From assembly GCA_964577535.1 (NCBI GenBank), contig CAZNZO010000001.1, forward strand, positions 138,954 through 202,953: a DNA stretch of 64,000 nucleotides, written 5' to 3'. How positions within the stretch are numbered: position 1 is the stretch's first letter; the number at the start of each line of letters is the position of its first letter. The DNA is from an uncultured Oscillospiraceae bacterium. GTDB taxonomy: Bacteria; Bacillota; Clostridia; Christensenellales; CAG-314. The notes beneath the pieces were generated by a model. That model was not told the DNA's origin. It did no database searches and saw nothing but the letters and a program-made list of their open reading frames with translations. Positions 59,017-64,000 of the stretch are shown piece by piece. A program made the position numbers and the translations under genes.

Positions 59017-59487
59017 TTACCATCTGAAATGTGCGAACGCCTTGTTTGCTTCGGCAGATCTGTGCATTTCTTCTTTTCTCTTGAATGCGCCGCCTTGTTC
59101 GTTGCAGGCATCAAGAAGTTCGTTTGCCAAACGCAAATACATAAATCTGTCGCTGCGTTTGCGAGCAAACATAACCAACCAACGTATAGCCAAAGTTTGG
59201 CGTCTTTCCGGTCTAACCTCCATAGGTACTTGGTAGTTAGCGCCGCCTACGCGTCTTGCTTTGCATTCCAACATAGGCATAAGGTTGTTGATTGCTTTGT
59301 TAAATACTTCCATAGGATCGTTTCCGGTTCTGTTTTTGATTTCGTCAAAAGCGCCGTAAACAATTTCCTGTGCAGTTCCTTTTTTGCCGTCTTGCATAAC
59401 TTGGTTTATAACTTTCGAAACCACAATGCTGCCGTAAACGGGATCGGGCAATACTTCCCTTTTGGGGGCACGAACTCTTCTGGACAT
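59017..59487 (-). CDS. rpsG: 30S ribosomal protein S7
   Basis: [20 protein letters not shown]. Confidence 0.97.
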   Translation of the reverse strand: MSRRVRAPKREVLPDPVYGSIVVSKVINQVMQDGKKGTAQEIVYGAFDEIKNRTGNDPMEVFNKAINNLMPMLECKARRVGGANYQVPMEVRPERRQTLAIRWLVMFARKRSDRFMYLRLANELLDACNEQGGAFKRKEEMHRSAEANKAFAHFRW

Positions 59488-59718
59488 AAGTGCTTTTTCC
59501 TCCTTTTAGATTTTTTGATTTTAATTTTGATTTACCAATACAGCCAACTCAACGCATTGCTCCACCAATGCGGAGAAACTTCTGCGGCAGTCCAAGCCGC
59601 ATACTGCTCTACGGGCGAAAAGTCAAAATCAAAACTCCGACTATTCACCTTGAACTGTGTTGATGTTTGTCCTGCGCGACTTTTTGCACGTCAATGCATC
59701 GTCGCAAAAGATTTCTCT

Positions 59719-60093
59719 CTATTTCTTGGGACGTTTTGCGCCATACTTCGAGCGAGCTTGCTTTCTGTTGGCTACGCCTGCCGTATCAAGCGTACCGCGA
59801 ATAATGTGGTAACGGATACCGGGCAAGTCTCTTACTCTGCCGCCGCGAATCAAAACGACGCTGTGTTCTTGAAGGTTGTGACCTTCGCCGGGAATGTAGC
59901 AAGTACCTTCCATGCCGTTGGTACGACGAACACGGGCAATTTTACGCAATGCAGAGTTGGGCTTTTTGGGAGAAGTTGTGGTCACGTTCAAGCAAACGCC
60001 GCGTTTTTGCGGGCAGCTATCCAAAAGAGGAGATTTGCTCTTTTCTGCATCACGTCTTCTTCCTTGCTTAATCAACTGGTTGATTGTTGCCAT
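59719..60093 (-). CDS. rpsL: 30S ribosomal protein S12
   Basis: [13 protein letters not shown]...CPQKRGVC...[10 protein letters not shown]. Confidence 0.97.
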   Translation of the reverse strand: MATINQLIKQGRRRDAEKSKSPLLDSCPQKRGVCLNVTTTSPKKPNSALRKIARVRRTNGMEGTCYIPGEGHNLQEHSVVLIRGGRVRDLPGIRYHIIRGTLDTAGVANRKQARSKYGAKRPKK

Positions 60094-60217
60094 CTTTTTT
60101 ACCTCCTTTCAATAGTGAATCGTCGGAATTCTAAAAGCGAATTCGTTATACAAAGCGCCTAGGCGCAAAGTATCAATTTTGGGGTGCCGATATAGTGTTG
60201 CCAAAACCAAAAAGTTT

Positions 60218-60463
60218 TTAGCCTTCGGCCTTCAAAAAACCAATGCCGCCGCACGGAACGTCAATGCCGTACTTTTGGGCAAGTTCTTCGCGAGTGTTTT
60301 GTGCAAAAATTTTAACGTTGTGCTCCCTTGCGGCTGCAACCAGACAGGCGCAATAATCCGCATCGGCATCGGTGGCAAGCTGAATGCATTTCAGCTTGTT
60401 TTCGTGCACAAGACGCAAAATTTGTTTTTTTCCTATCACTACGTTTTCGTTTTGATTATCCAT
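60218..60463 (-). CDS. ybxF: L7Ae-family ribosome-associated protein (YbxF-like)
   Basis: VIGKKQILRLVHENKLKCIQLATDAD. Its position directly upstream of rpsL matches Bacillus. Confidence 0.8.
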   Translation of the reverse strand: MDNQNENVVIGKKQILRLVHENKLKCIQLATDADADYCACLVAAAREHNVKIFAQNTREELAQKYGIDVPCGGIGFLKAEG

Positions 60464-60485
60464 AAAACACCAACGTATATTTTAC

Positions 60486-60533
60486 CAAAACAAAACAAAG
60501 CAGTCAAGCGTTTTAAGGCGTTTGACTGCTTTG
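60486..60533 (-). terminator. Terminator after the lipoprotein gene
   Basis: AAAGCAGTCAA...TTGACTGCTTT followed by TTTGTTTTGTTTT on the minus strand. Confidence 0.6.
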
Positions 60534-60559
60534 AGTTTTTGAGTTTTTGCTAAATGCCG

Positions 60560-61111
60560 TTAAGCTTTTGCCACAAGAACAATTCTTACGTTGTTTCCGT
60601 TGGTTGTTGCATAGGTAACAACAATTTGTCGAACGTAAATGGATTGCGTTTCGATGCTGCCGGTGATGGTAACAACAATAGAAACGTCTCCTTCAACGTT
60701 ATTCAAGCCAAGCTTTTCTTGAACTTTGTCGGCGGCAATTGTTCCAACAAGATCCAAACCGTTAAGCACAACGGAAGAGAAATCTTCCACTTTCCATCCA
60801 AACACAACACCTGCGGATGCAATTTTTGTTGTGCTGGTGGACGTGATGGTTGCGTCTTCTTTTGTTGTGTCGGGGTTGGGTTTTGTTGTTTCCACAACTT
60901 TGGTTTGTGTTGCAAAGTCGTAGGCAACTTTTGCGGTGCCAACAACTTCGTTGCCACGGCTGACAGTTATGTCGCCGCCAATGCCCTTGGAACTGCTTAT
61001 TTGTTCGGCAAGTTGGTTAAGCACAAGTTGTTCCGGCGTTACGTCGCACGCTGCAAACACGAAACATGCCAAAACCAAGCATACAAGCACTAGTACTAGT
61101 TTCTTATTCAT
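60560..61111 (-). CDS. Hypothetical lipoprotein (183 aa)
   Basis: Signal peptide plus lipobox (VFAAC). Its ATG overlaps the TGA of the upstream surface-protein gene by 1 nt. Confidence 0.6.
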   Translation of the reverse strand: MNKKLVLVLVCLVLACFVFAACDVTPEQLVLNQLAEQISSSKGIGGDITVSRGNEVVGTAKVAYDFATQTKVVETTKPNPDTTKEDATITSTSTTKIASAGVVFGWKVEDFSSVVLNGLDLVGTIAADKVQEKLGLNNVEGDVSIVVTITGSIETQSIYVRQIVVTYATTNGNNVRIVLVAKA

Positions 61112-64000
61112 CAGAACAACCTCCTTTTGATAACCACTGCGGCAACTGCTGCCAAAGCAACGCTAACCAATGCGGAAAGAAGAGTGTTAACAACGCTCAC
61201 TGCGCCGTTCAAATCTTCTGCTGCGCCGTTGGCTGCTGCCACGTAGTTGGCTTTTAGTGTGTTGAGTCTTGCAAGTTCGTCGGCAAGCACAGCCTTATCT
61301 TCCGTGCGGTATACTGCGTATGCTGCATCGGCATCTTTTATTGCGTTGAAGGTTGCTTCCAACGTTGTTGCGTTTGCAACTGCATCAACTGCTGCCTTGA
61401 AGTAGCTTACGTCTGCCGTATATGCGCCTTCAATTGTCAAATCGCTTGCAGGCATCTTGGCTGCTGCGTTTTTCCAAGCAAAGGTGTAGCCTGTTTTGCC
61501 TTCAACTTGCGGCAACGTGATTGCGCTGTCGTAGTCGACTTTTGCAGGTGTTCCAATAACGGTGCCTTCAACTTTGAAAGTCAACGTGTATTGGCCAATT
61601 GTGTACGTGCCGTTAATTACAGTAGCTTCGGCAGGCATCTTTGCAATGTCCTTATCCCAAGCAAACGTGTGGCCAGTTTTTGTTTCCACTTGCGGATATT
61701 CAACTGCTGCGCCGTATTCAACGGAAGATTCTTTAACAACCGTTCCATCCACCTTGAATGTGAGGACGAAACTTCTGATTGTGAACGTGCCGTTAATTAC
61801 AGTAGCTTCGGCAGGCATCTTGACGATGTTCTTATCCCAAGCAAACGTGTAGCCGGTTCTGCCTTCCACTTGCGGATAGTCGATTTGCGTGTCGTAAAGT
61901 ACGGACGTTTCTTTCACAACTTCGCCTTCCACTTTGAAGGTGAGCTTGTAGCTGTTGCGTGTGAACTTGCCTTCGATAGTCAAATCGCTTGCAGGCATCT
62001 TGGCTGCGGGTTCATCCCAAGCAAACGTGAAGCCGGTTTTGCCTTCAACTTCGGGCAAAGTGATTGCGCTGTCGTATTCAACGTTTTCGCGCGTTTCGAT
62101 AACTTCGCCATCAACTTTGAAAGTCAAGGTGTATTTGTTGATCACAAATTCACCATTGATAACAGTATCTTGGGCAGGCATAGTTTCAAGTGTCTTTTCC
62201 CAAACAATGGAATAACCAGTCTTGTTGGAAACAGGCATTTCAACTGCGGAACCGAATGCTACGTTTTCTGCATCCACATAAAGAGTTCCATCAATGTAGA
62301 ACGCAAGCAAATACTTGTTAGCAGTAAATTCGCCTTCAATTGTCAAATCGTTTGCGGGCATCTTGTCAACTGCATTTTTCCAGGTAAATGTGTAGCCTGT
62401 TCTGTCTTCAACTGTCGGCAAAGTAATTTTGCTGTCGTATGCAACGTTTTCGCGCGTTTCAATAACTTCGCCATCAACCTTGATGGTCAAAGTGTATTTG
62501 TTCGCAGTGAATGCGCCTTCAACAACCAAGTCTTCGTCGGGCATGGTTTCGGGAAGATCAATCCAATCAAACGTGTAGCCAGTTCTGTCTTCCACTGTGG
62601 GCAAGTTGTCGGCAATTTTTGTTCCAAAAGCAATAGTTTCGTGTTCTTTAACAACTGTGCCGTCCACTTTGAAAGTCAATTTGTGTGTGTGAACTGTTAG
62701 CACAACTTCCAACGTGATTGCGTTTTGCGGCATTGTTGCAGGAACGGTGGATTGGTCTTTCCAAGCCACGTCGTAGCCGGTGATTGCGGGAAGAGTAATT
62801 TCTTCGCCATAGCGGATTTCTTGCGTAGCAACCGTTTGTTCACCTTGCTTGTAGGTCACAAGGAACTTGGTGTACTTATATTCGCCATAGATGGTGAGTG
62901 TGCTATCCGGCATTGTGGTTACCGGCGTTTCGGGATTGCTCCAAACGTATTCGTAGTTTTCGCGTTCCGGAATTGTGATGGGTGTGCCATACGCAACGGA
63001 TGTTGCAGAAACAACGTCTTCGCCGTCCATGATGATTAGTGTGTGCGTGTGAACAATTGCAATAACTTCAATTTCGATGTTTTGGGCAGGAACCTTGGTG
63101 GGACGAGTGGAAGCATTTTTCCAAACCACGTCATGGCCGGTAACTGTGGGAAGATTGATTTCGGAATCGTAGTTTTGCTTTGCAGTTGCAACAACCTTTT
63201 CGCCTTGTTTGAAGGTTATTGTGTATTGATTGATTGTGAAGTGGCCTTCGATTGTCAAATCGTTTGCAGGCATCTTGGCTGCGGGTTCATCCCAAGCAAA
63301 CGTGAAGCCGGTTTTGCCTTCAACTTCGGGCAAAGTGATTGCGCTGTCGTATTCAACGTTTTCGCGCGTTTCGATAACTTCGCCATCAACCTTAACAGTC
63401 AAGTTGTATTGATTGATTGTGAACTTGCAAACCAAGTTGGTTTCGGCTGCAGGCATTTTTGCGGGAACAGTTTCCGTAACCCAAGAGGGAGTGTAGCCAG
63501 TGCGTGTGGGCAACGAAATTGTTGTGCCATAAGCAACTTGTTGGTCAACAAGGGGAGTTTCAACGCCTTCTTCCTTGATGGTTAGGTGATACAAATTGGA
63601 ATAGGTTGCATTGATGATGATATCGTTTGCAGGCATCACGGAAGGAATTGTGTTGCCAGCCCATTCCACAAAGTAGTAGCCATCGTGGTCAACTACTTTG
63701 GGGGTGGGAGTTGTTACACCACTAACTGCAAAACCTTCCCAGAACAAATAGTCTGTGGTTTCGGCAACGTCGCCTTCGGTAGCAACGCCAGAAACGTAGG
63801 AAATTTTGCGCAACGTGATGGTTTTATCCAACTTGTTGTAGTAGTTGTCATAAGCGAATACACGCAACGTGTCGTTATAGGCAAATGTTTTGGGCAAGCC
63901 GGTAACGGTAACTTCGCCGGTGGTTTCGTTAACGGAAATTTTGCTAGATTCAATTTGTGTTCCGTTGTAGTAGAGGGCAAGCGTTTCGTAGTTAATGCCG
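61111..64000 (-). CDS. Large surface protein with 13 visible Listeria-Bacteroides-type (Flg_new-like) repeats and a C-terminal TM anchor; N-terminus lies outside the window
   Basis: Repeating module Y.LTFKVDGEV....V.YD..I.LP.VE.KTGYTFAW.....KMPA.DLTIEG.F. The reading frame stays open to base 64000, so the TTG at 63897 is not necessarily the start. C-terminus: LLSALVSVALAAVAAVVIKRRLF. Confidence 0.8.
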   Translation of the reverse strand, partial: GINYETLALYYNGTQIESSKISVNETTGEVTVTGLPKTFAYNDTLRVFAYDNYYNKLDKTITLRKISYVSGVATEGDVAETTDYLFWEGFAVSGVTTPTPKVVDHDGYYFVEWAGNTIPSVMPANDIIINATYSNLYHLTIKEEGVETPLVDQQVAYGTTISLPTRTGYTPSWVTETVPAKMPAAETNLVCKFTINQYNLTVKVDGEVIETRENVEYDSAITLPEVEGKTGFTFAWDEPAAKMPANDLTIEGHFTINQYTITFKQGEKVVATAKQNYDSEINLPTVTGHDVVWKNASTRPTKVPAQNIEIEVIAIVHTHTLIIMDGEDVVSATSVAYGTPITIPERENYEYVWSNPETPVTTMPDSTLTIYGEYKYTKFLVTYKQGEQTVATQEIRYGEEITLPAITGYDVAWKDQSTVPATMPQNAITLEVVLTVHTHKLTFKVDGTVVKEHETIAFGTKIADNLPTVEDRTGYTFDWIDLPETMPDEDLVVEGAFTANKYTLTIKVDGEVIETRENVAYDSKITLPTVEDRTGYTFTWKNAVDKMPANDLTIEGEFTANKYLLAFYIDGTLYVDAENVAFGSAVEMPVSNKTGYSIVWEKTLETMPAQDTVINGEFVINKYTLTFKVDGEVIETRENVEYDSAITLPEVEGKTGFTFAWDEPAAKMPASDLTIEGKFTRNSYKLTFKVEGEVVKETSVLYDTQIDYPQVEGRTGYTFAWDKNIVKMPAEATVINGTFTIRSFVLTFKVDGTVVKESSVEYGAAVEYPQVETKTGHTFAWDKDIAKMPAEATVINGTYTIGQYTLTFKVEGTVIGTPAKVDYDSAITLPQVEGKTGYTFAWKNAAAKMPASDLTIEGAYTADVSYFKAAVDAVANATTLEATFNAIKDADAAYAVYRTEDKAVLADELARLNTLKANYVAAANGAAEDLNGAVSVVNTLLSALVSVALAAVAAVVIKRRLF
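61991..62115. repeat. 125-bp perfect intragenic direct repeat, copy 1
   Basis: Identical to 63266-63390 by base-by-base comparison. Flanks are near-identical for ~20 more nt. Confidence 0.85.
63266..63390. repeat. 125-bp perfect intragenic direct repeat, copy 2
   Basis: Identical to 61991-62115. Both encode ...VDGEVIETRENVEYDSAITLPEVEGKTGFTFAWDEPAAKMPA. Confidence 0.85.

Noticed and set aside
61111-64000. The internal repeats of the surface protein were considered as a diversity-generating retroelement (TR/VR pair).
   Set aside because: There is no reverse transcriptase in the window. The longest pair is perfectly identical. The flanking mismatches (A/T and C/T) are not adenine-specific.

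Overview
This is a 64 kb chromosomal window of mostly core genome, probably from a spore-forming Firmicute of Clostridia type. The evidence for that placement is an rnfCDGEAB cluster, a sleB-ypeB pair behind a sigmaG-type promoter, a CIRCE/HrcA-controlled hrcA-grpE-dnaK-dnaJ operon, glgC-glgD-glgA, and an L7Ae-like gene heading rpsL-rpsG-fusA-tuf. I call 65 protein genes, 59 of them on the minus strand. Three were missing from the ORF track: rpsU, rpmG and the first 22 codons of rnfB. Many track ORFs were trimmed to internal starts that have Shine-Dalgarno sites.

From start to end the window holds:
- Rnf complex, a CvpA-like membrane protein, gap and fba (divergent), pepF, galU
- sleB-ypeB, then a yfbR-like gene, a degenerate ABC-ATPase gene and an S41 protease gene in one run
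- pfk, a glycogen operon, yhbY-obg, a GltD-like oxidoreductase, nth
- DUF3343 divergent from a cysteine desulfurase, two small unknowns, manA
- the dnaK operon, dinB plus an esterase (LexA-like box upstream), a GT4 glycosyltransferase plus a flippase-like protein
- plsX, a YjbR-like gene, recX, rpsU, a lipoprotein pullulanase
- rpmG-secE-nusG-rplKAJL, cdd, a DUF1538/PII/PII/DUF1292 operon, DUF4279
- the str operon, a lipoprotein, and a surface protein of at least 962 aa built from 13 Listeria-Bacteroides-type repeats that runs off the window end

I found no rRNA, tRNA, CRISPR array, transposase, integrase, restriction-modification system or recognisable defence system by eye. I do not see a clear-cut novel system. 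The best candidates for undescribed biology are:
1. A zinc-ribbon mini-gene translationally coupled to grpE inside the heat-shock operon.
2. The DUF1538 permease plus two divergent PII-like proteins plus DUF1292.
3. A tandemly duplicated ~105-nt non-coding module, each copy ending in an identical terminator hairpin, between the esterase gene and hrcA.
4. An orphan catalytically degenerate ABC-ATPase.
5. A double-length RnfG.

All family names come from motif recognition by eye. No database search was run.
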